DNA of 63,740 nucleotides, filler included, from Octopus bimaculoides (taxonomy: Eukaryota), in assembly GCF_001194135.2 (NCBI RefSeq). It is 6 parts of 6 records of this genome, joined end to end, with 100 filler letters (N's around TTAATTAATTAA, not from the genome) between each part and the next. Parts side by side here need not be neighbours in the genome. Positions count along the whole stretch, not along the records: positions 12,283 to 36,496 come from NC_068990.1; 5 more parts are not named here. The stretch is one strand, 5' to 3'. Position 1 is the stretch's first letter. Each line of letters begins with the position of its first letter. This document shows, piece after piece, positions 12,183 to 25,135 of this stretch. The translations under genes were made by a program, and so were the position numbers. The notes under the pieces are model-generated. The model was not told the DNA's origin. It saw nothing but the letters and a program-made list of their open reading frames with translations, and ran no database searches.

Positions 12183-12282
12183 NNNNNNNNNNNNNNNNNN
12201 NNNNNNNNNNNNNNNNNNNNNNNNNNTTAATTAATTAANNNNNNNNNNNNNNNNNNNNNNNNNNNNNNNNNNNNNNNNNNNN
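12183..12282. other. Artificial scaffold linker (44 N + TTAATTAATTAA + 44 N); also at 36497-36596, 44432-44531, 51096-51195 and 60250-60349
   Basis: The same exact 100-bp layout occurs five times, and the 12-mer gives stop codons in all six frames. Confidence 0.95.
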
Positions 12283-12506
12283 AGGTAGGTAGGTAGGTAT
12301 GTAGGTAGGTATGTAGGTAGGCAGGTAGGTCGGCAGGTAGGTAGGTAGGTAGGTAGGTAGGTAGGTCGGTAGGTATGTAGGTAGGTAGGTAGGTAGGTAG
12401 GTAGGTAGGTCGGCAGGTAGGTAGGTAGGTAGGTAGGTAGGTAGGTAGGTAGGTAGGTAGGAAGGTAGGTATGTAGGTAGGTAGGTAGGTAGGTAGGTAG
12501 GTAGGT
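12283..12506 (+). repeat. (AGGT)n tetranucleotide microsatellite with recurring variant units
   Basis: Seen directly; the variant CGGCAGGT recurs within the array. Confidence 0.95.
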
Positions 12507-13053
12507 ACAGGTTGTTTTATTAATAATCGGCAGAAATCACGGAGTGAGTCAGAGGCCAAGAATTAAGTGCGTTAAACAACTTTGTAAATTCTGCTGATTA
12601 TTGATAAAAAAACGTACATAAACTCACGTTTTCAGTTCTATTTTCCTGTTTGCATCATACAGCTTATATATGTTTAGGCTCAAGTTTGGCAATGTGCTAA
12701 GAAGTTTGCTTCCTAACCACACGCAACCGGGTTCAATCCCAGTACGTGACAGTGTCTTGTTATATGAATATTACATCGTCCACAATGTTTTAGCACACCT
12801 TTGATGCAAGTCTGATAAAGTGTCTCTCCAGGTTATAAAACCCTCAAACATTACGTGATATTTCATCGACAATTATCAAGTAAACTGGCGCTGCAAATGG
12901 AGATGGTACGGAAACATTTGTAACTTATAATTAAAAATGGTCGCTTAAGATGTTCGCAATGCATCCATGAGATTTTGGATTCAGTCGCATTGCACGGTAG
13001 CATTTGGGTGTCTTCCATTATAGTCCCGGGGTGGGGGGCGAGCAATGCATTCT

Positions 13054-13101
13054 GTGGGTTAGTAGTCCGCGCTCTTAACCACTATGACATATGCCCGTGG
13101 G
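13054..13101 (-). other. tRNA-like 5' half (SINE head) lacking a B box
   Basis: Minus strand: CCCACGGGCATATGTCATAGTGGTTAAGAGCGCGGACTACTAACCCAC, with A-box-like TGTCATAGTGG followed by TTAAGAGCG. Confidence 0.55.
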
Positions 13102-13192
13102 GATATCAGGAGAGTACTGCAGTGACCTGAATAATAATAATAACATCGAAAAATACTTTAGGAATGAGAACCCAGATCCGAAATTTCCCCAA

Positions 13193-13238
13193 GACACCTG
13201 ATGAAGGCTGGAGGGTATATCAGCCGAAACGTTGTGTT
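13193..13238 (+). ncRNA. Minimal type I hammerhead ribozyme (PLE-type, palindromic stem III)
   Basis: Stem I GACAC/GTGTT. CTGATGA at 13198-13204 plus an extra A. Stem II GGCTG/CAGCC with a 10-nt loop. GAAA at 13226-29. Palindromic AACGTT in place of stem III. GUU triplet, cut after 13233. Confidence 0.85.
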
Positions 13239-14344
13239 AACAACAAACAAGATGAGGACAAATATCCGTCAAATGTAAATAATGTAAATAATATAGAACT
13301 GTACTGTCTCGAATATATTGGTTTTCTGAGAAGAGAGTCGAACTGTAATATGAAACACAAGGCTCTTCGTATAAAACCGCAAACACGCAGTGACTTGAAC
13401 TACTAGAAATAGCAGCCAAATCTTTATGAGCCCATTTAAATAAAAAGGGATGTTACACTGTATAAACGTATAACTAGTTATAGCATGTCAGAATGGAAAA
13501 AATAATAGACAGGGACATTACGGCTGGAATACTTTCTATTAGAACCGACATCGGTTAAACAACGGCAATCAAACGTTTTATGTTAATCTAGTTTTTAACT
13601 TTAAACTTTATGATTCCCTAGAAATGACATGAAGTTTTCTGTCCTGGAGTATACAAACTTTCATTTTCATTGCATAATTCCCAAGCTATTGGACTAACAA
13701 GGAAATAACGAAATAATTTATACAGGAGGGCTGTTAACCGCAATAATTTTGCAGTTACCGCTAATGGCGGTTGTGGTAATAATGATGCAACAGCCTGGCT
13801 ATTGCTGGCAATGATGGCAGTGATATAAAGTAAAATAATTATATAACAAAGCGATCGATAAAATAGAATTTGTAATTCTATTGTTAAGTGGTTGAAAGCA
13901 TTTTTAATGTTTCGAACATTAAAACAAACTTCGAGGAAGATCAAATACGCCAAGGGAAAAATAAATAAATCAAATATTAGTTGGTGACTAATGTATGATA
14001 ACACCGGAAGTATCACACTTATTTGGGATCATCACCGGAAACATTCATCTCACCGCACCCGGCACAGTCGTTGAATCACTTAGTGATTATAGAGAATTGT
14101 AAATTTGCTGGTGTAGAGTCAAAGAGAAAAAAAATTGTCTAAAAATTGAATGATACTCAGGTGACAATATTCCAGGACATAATTTTATTATTTAGAAATA
14201 TTGCATTGCGAAGTTCATTTGTCCAGTGTTCAATCTCATAACGGTTCGTTATACAGAAGCATGTCTATAAAAAATCTGTGGAGATAACTTTAATAAAAAT
14301 TATCTCTACATTACTAGTTATAGCAAACGTAGCTGTAGGGGGGG

Positions 14345-14495
14345 GGGGTTAAGGAGCTTGCTTACCAACTACATGGTTCCGGGTTCAGTCCCACTGCGTG
14401 GCACCTTGGGCAAGTATGTTCTGCTATAGTCACGCCGCCGACCAAAGACTTGTGAGTGAATTTGGTAGACAGAAACTGAAAGAAGCCCGTCGTAT
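14345..14495 (+). mobile_element. Family-A tRNA-SINE 5' part
   Basis: gcttgcttaccaactacatggttccgggttcagtcccactgcgtggcaccttgggcaag...aaactgaaagaagcccgtcg followed by (TA)n. Confidence 0.85.
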
Positions 14496-15005
14496 ATATA
14501 TATATATATATATATNNNNNNNNNNNNNNNNNNNNNNNNNNNNNNNNNNNNNNNNNNNNNNNNNNNNNNNNNNNNNNNNNNNNNNNNNNNNNNNNNNNNN
14601 NNNNNNNNNNNNNNNNNNNNNNNNNNNNNNNNNNNNNNNNNNNNNNNNNNNNNNNNNNNNNNNNNNNNNNNNNNNNNNNNNNNNNNNNNNNNNNNNNNNN
14701 NNNNNNNNNNNNNNNNNNNNNNNNNNNNNNNNNNNNNNNNNNNNNNNNNNNNNNNNNNNNNNNNNNNNNNNNNNNNNNNNNNNNNNNNNNNNNNNNNNNN
14801 NNNNNNNNNNNNNNNNNNNNNNNNNNNNNNNNNNNNNNNNNNNNNNNNNNNNNNNNNNNNNNNNNNNNNNNNNNNNNNNNNNNNNNNNNNNNNNNNNNNN
14901 NNNNNNNNNNNNNNNNNNNNNNNNNNNNNNNNNNNNNNNNNNNNNNNNNNNNNNNNNNNNNNNNNNNNNNNNNNNNNNNNNNNNNNNNNNNNNNNNNNNN
15001 NNNNN

Positions 15006-15058
<53 letters not shown>

Positions 15059-15228
15059 AGTGAGCGGGTGGGTTGGGCTTTCACACTGTTCTCGTCATTG
15101 ACTGGCTCTGAGCTATTGTAGAAGACACTTGCCCCAGTTGTTGAGAATTAGGATTGAACCTGAAACCACATGTTTACGAAGTGAGCTTTGTAACCACTCT
15201 TGCCATGTTTGAGCCTATTCAACGTAAC

Positions 15229-15312
15229 TTACAGCGCACAGGATTCTCAAGCGGTCACTCATTTAGCTGCTAACTAGGCTCGACGGTGGTTAACTTTGAT
15301 GACCAGACGACA
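15229..15312 (-). pseudogene. 5S rRNA-derived fragment (pseudogene or SINE3 head)
   Basis: The plus strand cttacagcgcacaggattctcaagcggtcactcatttagctgctaactaggctcgacggtggttaactttgatgaccagacga aligns by eye to the reverse complement of the 3' two-thirds of eukaryotic 5S rRNA. It is heavily diverged. Confidence 0.7.
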
Positions 15313-15732
15313 ATTGGGACTTTCAACAATATTATGAACTCCACAAATAAAGTGTGTGTGTGTGAGAGAGAGAGAAAGAGGGGGCGCTACTGGAAAGAGA
15401 TGTCCCTTCTTGAAGAAATTACCCTTGCTTAATGAAAAGTCTTAGAAACCAAAGAAGAATGTTCTTGCTGCCCGAAGAAAAATGCTCTTAATTCGAAAAT
15501 AATCATCATTATACACGGTACAAAATTCTTGCTCAAAGGAAAACGCCCTTACGCGAGGAAACATTACTTTAATTGAAAACAAAAACTACCTTTCCAAAAC
15601 AATGTGCCTCAGGCAACGAAAAAAGGCCCTAACCAAAATTGGGGTTTCCAACAACGCAGCTCATCTCTAGATTTCTCTAACCGTGTTTTTTTTTTTGTCG
15701 TATGTTAAGTATACATGTATTAAATATATATA

Positions 15733-15894
15733 GGCGCAGCATGGCTGTGTGGTAAGAAGCTTGCTTCCCAACCACATGGTCCCGGGTTCAGTTCCACTGC
15801 ATGGCACCTTGGGTGTCTTCTACTAGAGCCTCGAGCCAACCAAAGCCTTGTGAGTGGATTTGGCAGACGGAAACTGAAAGAAGCCCCGCGTATA

Positions 15895-15927
<33 letters not shown>

Positions 15928-16103
15928 TTGGGTGTTTGTGTTTGTCCCCCCACCATCGCTTGACAACCGATGTTGGTGTGTTTACGTCCCCGTAACATAG
16001 CGGTTCGGCAAAAGAGACCGATAGAATAAGTAATAAGCTGGCAAAGAATAAGTCCTGGGGTCGATTTGCTGCAGTCAAATGACTGAGACAAGTAAATGAA
16101 AGT
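15733..16103 (+). mobile_element. Near full-length family-A tRNA-SINE with internal microsatellite
   Basis: A-box TGGCTGTGTGGT, B-box GGTTCAGTTCC, CORE-like CCTTGGG..TGTCTTCTACTA, an internal (TA/TATG)n tract, and a 3' body shared with 1700-1925, 44155-44375 and 56885-57060. Confidence 0.9.
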
Positions 16104-16709
16104 ATTTGTATGAATATGTGTTTTAGTGTTATATCATATGTGTCTTATGAGTTGTGTGTACGTGCGCGTGAGGACGTGCGCGTGTGCGTGTGTGCGCGTG
16201 TGCGTGTGTGCATGCATACGTTTGAGTCTAAACGTCTGTTTATACGCTTTGCGTACTCTCAGCCATAGACCGTAAGTTGTATTCGGAGATGTTGTACGAG
16301 AGAATATGAATTCTAGATATTTGTAATAGAAGAACTACTTGTTCTGTCAATGAATATTGGGTGACGAGCGTTGGAATCGTGTGTGGAAAGGATGTGTGTG
16401 CATCAGAGAGAGAGAGCGAGAGAGAGAGAGAGAGAAGATAGAATGTGAGGAAGAAAAAGAGAAGATACAGAACTATAGACGTATATATATGTAGAGAGAG
16501 AGCTAGGTTGGTGGGGACTGGAAAGAAAGACAAGGTAAGATGCAGACGAAGTGAGAGAAATAGAAGGAGAGATATTGAGGTGGGAGAGAAAGAAGACGAG
16601 AGTGGGAGGCAAGAAACTTCTGTCATCTGATTTCTATAATAAACGCATAGGTTTTCACTGAAATATCAAGGATACTGCGAGTGGTGGGGAAGAAGGATGC
16701 AGCGAATGA

Positions 16710-16745
<36 letters not shown>

Positions 16746-16930
16746 GTTATAATAATGATAATATGATAACTAAACAAAAGAAAAAGCAAGTTGTGAACTT
16801 AAGCATTCGTTTGACGTCAATTCGTTTGGTAATGATGTCATCCCAGAAAACGGGGGGTACACACACATACCCCCACACACCTACATACATACACGCATAT
16901 ATACACACATATCGATATATGAATATGGAA

Positions 16931-16974
<44 letters not shown>

Positions 16975-17332
16975 NNNNNNNNNNNNNNNNNNNNNNNNNN
17001 NNNNNNNNNNNNNNNNNNNNNNNNNNNNNNNNNNNNNNNNNNNNNNNNNNNNNNNNNNNNNNNNNNNNNNNNNNNNNNNNNNNNNNNNNNNNNNNNNNNN
17101 NNNNNNNNNNNNNNNNNNNNNNNNNNNNNNNNNNNNNNNNNNNNNNNNNNNNNNNNNNNNNNNNNNNNNNNNNNNNNNNNNNNNNNNNNNNNNNNNNNNN
17201 NNNNNNNNNNNNNNGGGGAAGGGGGAGAGAAGGAGAAACAGAAAGACAGGGAGATGGTGTAATGTATAGATAGATACATGCATACATACATACATTGATA
17301 GACAGACAGACAGATAGATAGATAAATAGATA

Positions 17333-17393
<61 letters not shown>

Positions 17394-18072
17394 CAGAAGG
17401 GAAGTTTAAGTAGTTAGACAGATATATAAGCAGCAACAGAAACCACTATGACTACCACCATCACAACAGCCGTCATCATCATCATCATCACGGCAATAAG
17501 CCACCACCATGACGACAAATGCAAGTAGAACTACCACCAATACTACAACAAATGCATCACAACAACAAGAACCACTACAGCTGTCATACAACCACAACAG
17601 AAAGATTGACAGAAAGTAAAACCGAAAGTGAAAGTAGAGAATTATAAAAGAAATGTTTGGATATATACATGGTTAAGTAGAGAGAGGAGGACAAGAGTTG
17701 TTGGAAGAGAGTTTATTGTTTCAGATATGTTGGAATTTAGTAAGAGGGGGTAGAGGGAGAGAGAGAGTGATTGGAATAGAAGACATTTAGTCGGTCAAAC
17801 AGTCGAATAGTCAAAGACATGCGTGCAATATGCTGGCTGGAGATTGCAACAGTTAATACGTAAGTCAGTGCGTAGTGTGTGTGGAAACGCGCGGCTACGA
17901 TTGTTACGTTGTTGTTATGTTAGTGGATATTCATTGAGTCTTTCATTCATTCACAATCGTTTCCAGATTTTATCGTTCATTGGTGGACATTTGCAATCAC
18001 CTGAATTTTAACAGCCAATCGAAATAAACCACGTCATACATGCACACATACTCAAATATATAGATGCATGTA

Positions 18073-18118
<46 letters not shown>

Positions 18119-20367
18119 NNNNNNNNNNNNNNNNNNNNNNNNNNNNNNNNNNNNNNNNNNNNNNNNNNNNNNNNNNNNNNNNNNNNNNNNNNNNNNNNNN
18201 NNNNNNNNNNNNNNNNNNNNNNNNNNNNNNNNNNNNNNNNNNNNNNNNNNNNNNNNNNNNNNNNNNNNNNNNNNNNNNNNNNNNNNNNNNNNNNNNNNNN
18301 NNNNNNNNNNNNNNNNNNNNNNNNNNNNNNNNNNNNNNNNNNNNNNNNNNNNNNNNNNNNNNNNNNNNNNNNNNNNNNNNNNNNNNNNNNNNNNNNNNNN
18401 NNNNNNNNNNNNNNNNNNNNNNNNNNNNNNNNNNNNNNNNNNNNNNNNNNNNNNNNNNNNNNNNNNNNNNNNNNNNNNNNNNNNNNNNNNNNNNNNNNNN
18501 NNNNNNNNNNNNNNNNNNNNNNNNNNNNNNNNNNNNNNNNNNNNNNNNNNNNNNNNNNNNNNNNNNNNNNNNNNNNNNNNNNNNNNNNNNNNNNNNNNNN
18601 NNNNNNNNNNNNNNNNNNNNNNNNNNNNNNNNNNNNNNNNNNNNNNNNNNNNNNNNNNNNNNNNNNNNNNNNNNNNNNNNNNNNNNNNNNNNNNNNNNNN
18701 NNNNNNNNNNNNNNNNNNNNNNNNNNNNNNNNNNNNNNNNNNNNNNNNNNNNNNNNNNNNNNNNNNNNNNNNNNNNNNNNNNNNNNNNNNNNNNNNNNNN
18801 NNNNNNNTATATGGTATTTCAAACCAGTTAAAATATCAGCCCCCAACCAGTTTTATGCTCTCCAACTCTAAGCAAGAAATGTGTTTCCTTCTCGTATTAT
18901 TCAAAGCAACAAAGATCACTGAAGCTATCTTTCAAGTTCATATATCACACAAGAAAATCTGATAACGCCCTTCAGACGTCATGCGAGATGAGCCGCAGGA
19001 ATGCAGGCAAAGGCCACTATCTACAATTATTGGAGGATTAGTGTTAGATTTAACAAGAAAATCAAGCTCCCTTGATTCACAATATGGTTAGGAATCATCT
19101 CTAATAATTTTTCAAAGTAGGTTTTTATCTTTTATCCGTCCGTTATTTCTCAAGTATAGATTCTACTCCTGAAAATATAGTAAACATTTTCTGCTCGTTT
19201 TCACAAAAATCAAAATTCCTACAAAAATCTCTTCTCTCCGCCATCCGTTTTACTTCAGTCACTATGTGGGAACCATCCTCCAGTTATCATCTTGTTTGCC
19301 CTTCCTTTTAAAAAGATGATAGACAGTAGATCGTAGACGCTCCCAAAATCTCCCCAGCTCGTCACATATGTCATAGAAATACGCAAATCCAAATGATGTC
19401 CACGCGAATGTCCTATATCTATATCTGTTGTGCGTATTACGGTAAGTAGTACATATACCATCATGCACCCAGTACGCAAATAATACAGACCACATTCGAA
19501 CGCTGTTAGAATACAACACACAAGAAACATAGGTATTTAATTGAAAAGCAGTTAAACGAAACGTATTAACATCATTAAACGTATCTCCTCAACGGCTTCG
19601 CGTAACTAGACCCTCTAATAACAATGTTTTCATAATCATGCACACAGCACATTCTGGTACAGAAAGAATGCCGATTACCCATCCAGACGATATTGCTCTC
19701 AAATCAAGCTTTTCACTTAATCGTTCCCAATTTCCATCTTTATAGACATCTATCTATTCATTGCTAAACAACCGATCTATCAATCTGACCTCCAGCCATA
19801 TGTAAACTAATTTCAAAAGTAGACAGTTTTGTAAACTAAGCAACCCCTAGTGGAATTATATCAACCTGATATCCACCAAAGATACGAGATAAAGTCACTA
19901 TACACAATTGAGACCAAGGAAATAGTCTTGCCTTTCAGACTGCCTATGAACACATGAACCAAAAGAGAACTAAAGCACTGGAAGTCGTTGCAAACACGAG
20001 ATATTACAAAATCTGAGGATATTACTTCACGAATAATAATAACGAAAACATTGCACCACTGGCTCACGGAATCTTGTCTCTGTATTCATATTTTCGCAGA
20101 AAGAATGGCTAATCTAGTAAATTCCCTCATTCCCCAGCGTCTTTGGTTTAATGATTCTCTTGGTCATTCATTGCTTCCAATCGTTGGCCTACACACATGT
20201 TCAAGTTGGCCATCAGCTTTATCAATCACACAGCATTAGGCCCGTCTTAAGAAGTGGTAGTCACAACTCCCTTCTCAATAACTAATGAAATAATTTATAC
20301 ACGAAATGAACAGATAGAACCTCCGCGTACATACGTTCGTACACACATGCACACGTATACATATTAT

Positions 20368-20426
20368 CACCCCCACTCAGCTCAAAACAATATCTGTGTA
20401 TCACGATTTTGAGCTGAGTGGGGGTG
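20368..20426. other. Perfect 20-bp stem / 19-nt loop hairpin
   Basis: CACCCCCACTCAGCTCAAAA (20368-87) is the exact reverse complement of TTTTGAGCTGAGTGGGGGTG (20407-26). Confidence 0.9.
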
Positions 20427-20930
20427 CTAGATTCCCTTGTTTGAAAATATAAGGACACAGGTCGTGTCGTATAGCCAGCTGGAGACGATGTCTCCTGGTG
20501 CTAAATTACAGCAACATTCGTCCTAAACCAGGACTGTCATGTTATGTTGGCAAACAATCTTTACTCCAAAGTACTGTTGCTGAATATCTCTCGTTGTGAG
20601 ATTTAAAAAGAAATAGTAATTTTATCAGTGATTCTGTAGTTTGCATATCTATGTGTGTACGTGTGTGTATGTGCTGCGAGGGCGTGCGTGTGTTCATGTG
20701 TATCTCATGTGTCTGTATGCATATACACACAACATGCACATCCACACATATGCGCGTTCTGTATGCCTGAGTATACGTACATGTGCGTGCGCATGCGTAC
20801 GCGAATATATAAATATAGAAATACATGTGTGCGCACGTGTTGGCGAATGTGCGAATTTATGTTGGATAAATACAGACTACATGCTTCCAATGACAGTTTC
20901 GTTCCCTTGCTTGGCCGTATATCTCAGCAG

Positions 20931-20978
20931 GTTTTGAAACTAGCAAGATTTATCTAAGCGGCTTAAGTGATAAAGATC
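20931..20978 (+). CDS. Candidate internal exon, 48 nt, phase 1-1 (xFETSKIYLSGLSDKDx)
   Basis: Pyrimidine-rich acceptor ...atctcagcag and donor ATC|GTAAGT. The frame is open. No homology recognised. Confidence 0.35.
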
Positions 20979-21384
20979 GTAAGTTTTCGGACGTCATAGA
21001 TTTGGTGAGCCTACTTTGAAATTCTCTCTTCTTAGAGACTTTCAAAGATGTCAGTCGATTATCTGTTCTATTTACATTGTTTAGACTCGTTGTATTACTT
21101 TCAAATCCACTTCCGAGTAAAGAAGTGACCGCACTAACTCACGGTTATGAGTTATTTAAACCCTAGGCACCACACTTATAGTATTAAGTATTTTTATAGT
21201 TTTCAGGACAACTAGAATAAAGGCGCGCATGTTTATGAGTGTGTGTGTATGTATACATAAACAGACACGTACTCATTTATAATATTGTGCTTAAATACAA
21301 CAAATAAACGGAGATGTTAGAGTTTAGTATATTATGACACATTAAAGATGCGAGCAAACAGAATCGTTTGCATGCAAAATGCTT

Positions 21385-21545
21385 AGAGACATTTTTTCTG
21401 TCCTCACGTTTGGAGCACAAATTCCGCCGAAGTCGACTTAGCTTTTCATCATTCCGAGGTCGATAGAATAAGTACCATTTCAGCACCGGGGTTCAATGTA
21501 ATCGACTTACTTCTCCTGCTGCCCTTCTGCCAAAATTTGAAATTG
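21385..21545. mobile_element. Family-B SINE fragments (further copies at 21860-22030, 29040-29210, 31683-31855, 36010-36140, 36370-36496, 42785-42975, 47745-47850, 48480-48850, 52935-53145, 54100-54155)
   Basis: Shared cores TTCTGAGTTCAAATTCCGCCGAGGTCGACTTTGCCTTTCATCCTTTCGGG and AAGTACCAGTT..ACTGGGGTCGATGTAATCGAC. Confidence 0.8.
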
Positions 21546-22253
21546 TTGACATAGTAACGAAGCTAAAACACGCGGAGTAAAGCCGCTTGGCAAAGATTGA
21601 CCTTGATCTCTGCTGTGCATGCGCACTAAGTTTTAATGGTCTAACTCACTTCTGCTGTTTACAGCAGTGCTTGGAAGGAAGGTTAAACTCCGAAATTTCT
21701 CATGTTGAATAGATTTATATATACAATGTTGCATCGACTGCGGAATCGGCTATAAAGAATGATTAGAGCAAAATACATTGCTGGATTTGTGCCTAAATCA
21801 AAGGCCGTTAAAAATGTGGCAAAATGTCAAAATCATTAGAGCATCGGAAAAACGCTTTCAGTGTTTATCCTAACTCGTTAGATTCTGAGTTCGAATTTGA
21901 CTGAGGTCAACTTTACCTTTCATCATTTCGGATCGATAAAGTAAAATAACAGTTGAACACTGAGATCGATAAAATCAACTTACCTCCGACCTACTCAATT
22001 GTTAATCTTGAGTCAAAACCTGCAACAATTATTTCTGGCTCTGTACCAAAATATGAAGCTATCATCATCATCACCATCATCATTATCATCGTCGTCACCG
22101 TGCATCGTCGTTGCTATTATTATCATACACAATACATATTTATATGTATTCTATGTCTGTGTGTCTATTATTATGATGTTAAATGTATAACAAGACTTAT
22201 ACAAGTGTTTATGTATCTATGTATAAACATTCACCTCTGAATATTTCAATAAA

Positions 22254-22295
<42 letters not shown>

Positions 22296-22303
22296 TAACT
22301 ATT

Positions 22304-22338
<35 letters not shown>

Positions 22339-22584
22339 AAACTCCCTCGAGATTTTTGGAGAATACTCAAGTAATTACAATCTGGTTAGAATAATAACTA
22401 GGTTATTAGATGTATGCTTTCGTTATGTACATACATATATGAATACACTTATGTGTATGCACGCGCATGTGTGTGAGTGCATGTGAGTGTGCGTGTGAAT
22501 GTGTGTGTGCTCGCGCGTGCGTGTGTATGCGTGTAAAGAGAGAGAGAATGAGAAAGAGACAGTGAAAGAGAGAGAGAGAGAGAA

Positions 22585-22638
<54 letters not shown>

Positions 22639-24530
22639 GGATAGATAGATAGATAGATAGATAAACAAATAGATAGAAAGAGAGAGAGAGAGATAAATAG
22701 ATCGATAGATAGATAGATGGATACATTTCTTTTATTAGCCACACAGGGCTCAACGAAGATGGGACAAATACAATGTAGAGCTTTTCTTTTTGGGAGGGGG
22801 AAGGAAGGAAAAAAAAAAAAAAAAAAAAAAAATTGGTGGTGTCGATCAAAAGGGATCGAAAAAAAAAAGAAAAGGAAAGGCCGATCAATAGGGATCGTGT
22901 ATCACACAGTAATGTTCTCGTGTAAAAAGAGGGGAGGACAGTTTAGGTTTAACCGTGGAAGGAAAAGCCCACGGAAAAGACCACGGTAACCTTGGTCAAT
23001 ATTCTCATTGAAGAAACTATAACAGTAAGTGACTCTCTTTTGCCTTTTTGAGATAGATAGATAGATAGATATGCATTCATTGAAATATATGTACACATAT
23101 AAATGCATAGACGCATACATATACCTATATATTTACACATATTCAGACAGACAGGCAAGTATGTATAGAAACACAGTTACTCATATGCATACACACGCAC
23201 ACACATACATAAAAACACACATATATACATTCACAAACACACGCAACTATACAGAGGCCCCTCCACACACCACCGTCACTCACTCACCTTCTTACAAACA
23301 GCTCACTCTTGTCTTGTGTCATAACACCGAGATTTCCTTGTCGTAATCAAGTGATAGTACTACAGTCATATTTTCGCATCAGATACAAACAACTTTCACT
23401 TTCTAAAAATAAACCATTCTTCTCGCAGCCACTCACTGCCAAGCTGTCTGTCTGCCTGCCTGCTCAGCTCTGTAGTTTGCTTTCTTATGCAAAACGTCAA
23501 TTACAACGTATATAAGCTGTAGCTGCATTCGTAGTGAAAAACCGTCTGTGAAGACACGACTAACACGATTCTCTAAAGCAAATGGTCTTCAGTTGGGGTG
23601 GTGGGGAAGCATACCAAATTTTTAGAGGCAACCTGGTAATAATAATAGTGATATTTTTAGAGGCCACAATATTTTCTGCGTGTCCATACGCAATTGTAAC
23701 TACCAGACGTGCGATTGGATCGATCGCTTTGTCATAATCCTTGTATTTTATTATTAATATTCGTGCGTAATTTGAGCAGCATGTCTATTGAACACTGCTA
23801 TAGCTTACTACTGCTATGTAGTATATAGCTTCTAAAATGAAAATACAAAGATTTATCACACGTAACAATGTTATTTACGCAGGTATTTCGCAACACCTGA
23901 GGAATACAATTGCCAGGATATCTGCTAGATAATTTTTTTGTTGTTTTTATGAGTTTACCTTCTTTCTCCCTTTATTTCTTTTTTATTTGTTTGTTTGTTA
24001 ACCAAATATACCTTATGAAAGTAGTCCCTATAGGCTATGCTCCTACTGTACATTTATATCATAATAGAATTTTCGTTGCTAATACAAAATTTCATCTCGT
24101 AGCTATTGTTATTAACTTATTTATCTGTTTATTTTTGGAAACTGCTGCAAACATTTTTTCTGTTTATATGATACAAATGCAATTAATAAATATTGAAAAT
24201 GATAAAAGTGATTTTGTTTTATACATCTTTTATTCTTCTCTTGATTCGATTAAGAATACCTGTAAGAGGATTACGGGGGTGTGGTGGTTTTAGAAGAGTC
24301 AGGTGGGCGGGGGAACACGAGCAAAACAAGTTTGACTACAACTGATCGAGAGAACCATCCATCTCACCATCAAATCCATTCATCAACGCAATATATACAT
24401 CCGTTCATACACGAACACATGCATATATACATACACACATACACATTTTACATACATACATAAATACATACATACATGCACATATATATATGTGTGTAGA
24501 AGTATATGTGTGAGTAATTGTATATGTACA

Positions 24531-24575
<45 letters not shown>

Positions 24576-24949
24576 GTGGGTGTATTGTGTTGTCCCACAC
24601 ATCAACCCGCCCATCTACACGTTCATCCAGCCCTCCACCCATCCTATCGAACACTCCATCCCATACCTCCATGTATCTCTATATCTACCCCACGAACCAC
24701 CCGTCTGTCCCTCTATACATGCCACCATCCTACAAGGAACCAAATATTTATCCCAATACTTCCACGCACCCCTATTCTATACAGCATCCCATTCCATCCG
24801 TTCATCATTCCATCCACTCATCAGTTTTGCCACCCATCAGTCTTGCCACCCATCTGCCACCCGTATATAAAACCTGCTCTCAACCACTCACCCATCAATC
24901 CATAATACCACCCAATCACCTACCACCAACCCGGCCCGCCAGTCAATCA

Positions 24950-25135
24950 CCGTGTAAGCTCCTATATGGTCGTTGAACCCGCTAGAAAGAACAGCCAAAA
25001 CTCCTCCACGTTACAACCTACCTGATTAAACAAAGCACATCCTGTATAACTGAATCCGACGCACACATTCCAAAACGACAGGTTGGTCACGGTTGGAAAG
25101 TCTTTAATCGTAGGTCAGCCCGATCAAAGTTAACA
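24950..25135 (+). mobile_element. Dispersed repeat (SINE/LINE 3' tail; reverse-oriented copies at ~27170-27350 and ~9040-9270)
   Basis: Shared GGTCACGGTTGGAA..CTTT..TC.TAGGTC and CTAGAAA..CAGCCAAA segments, ending in (CAA)n. Confidence 0.55.

Noticed and set aside
13473-14327. 13-bp direct repeat ACTAGTTATAGCA as the TSD of an ~840-bp element
   Set aside because: No TIRs, tail or coding remnant support an element, and a chance match is plausible.
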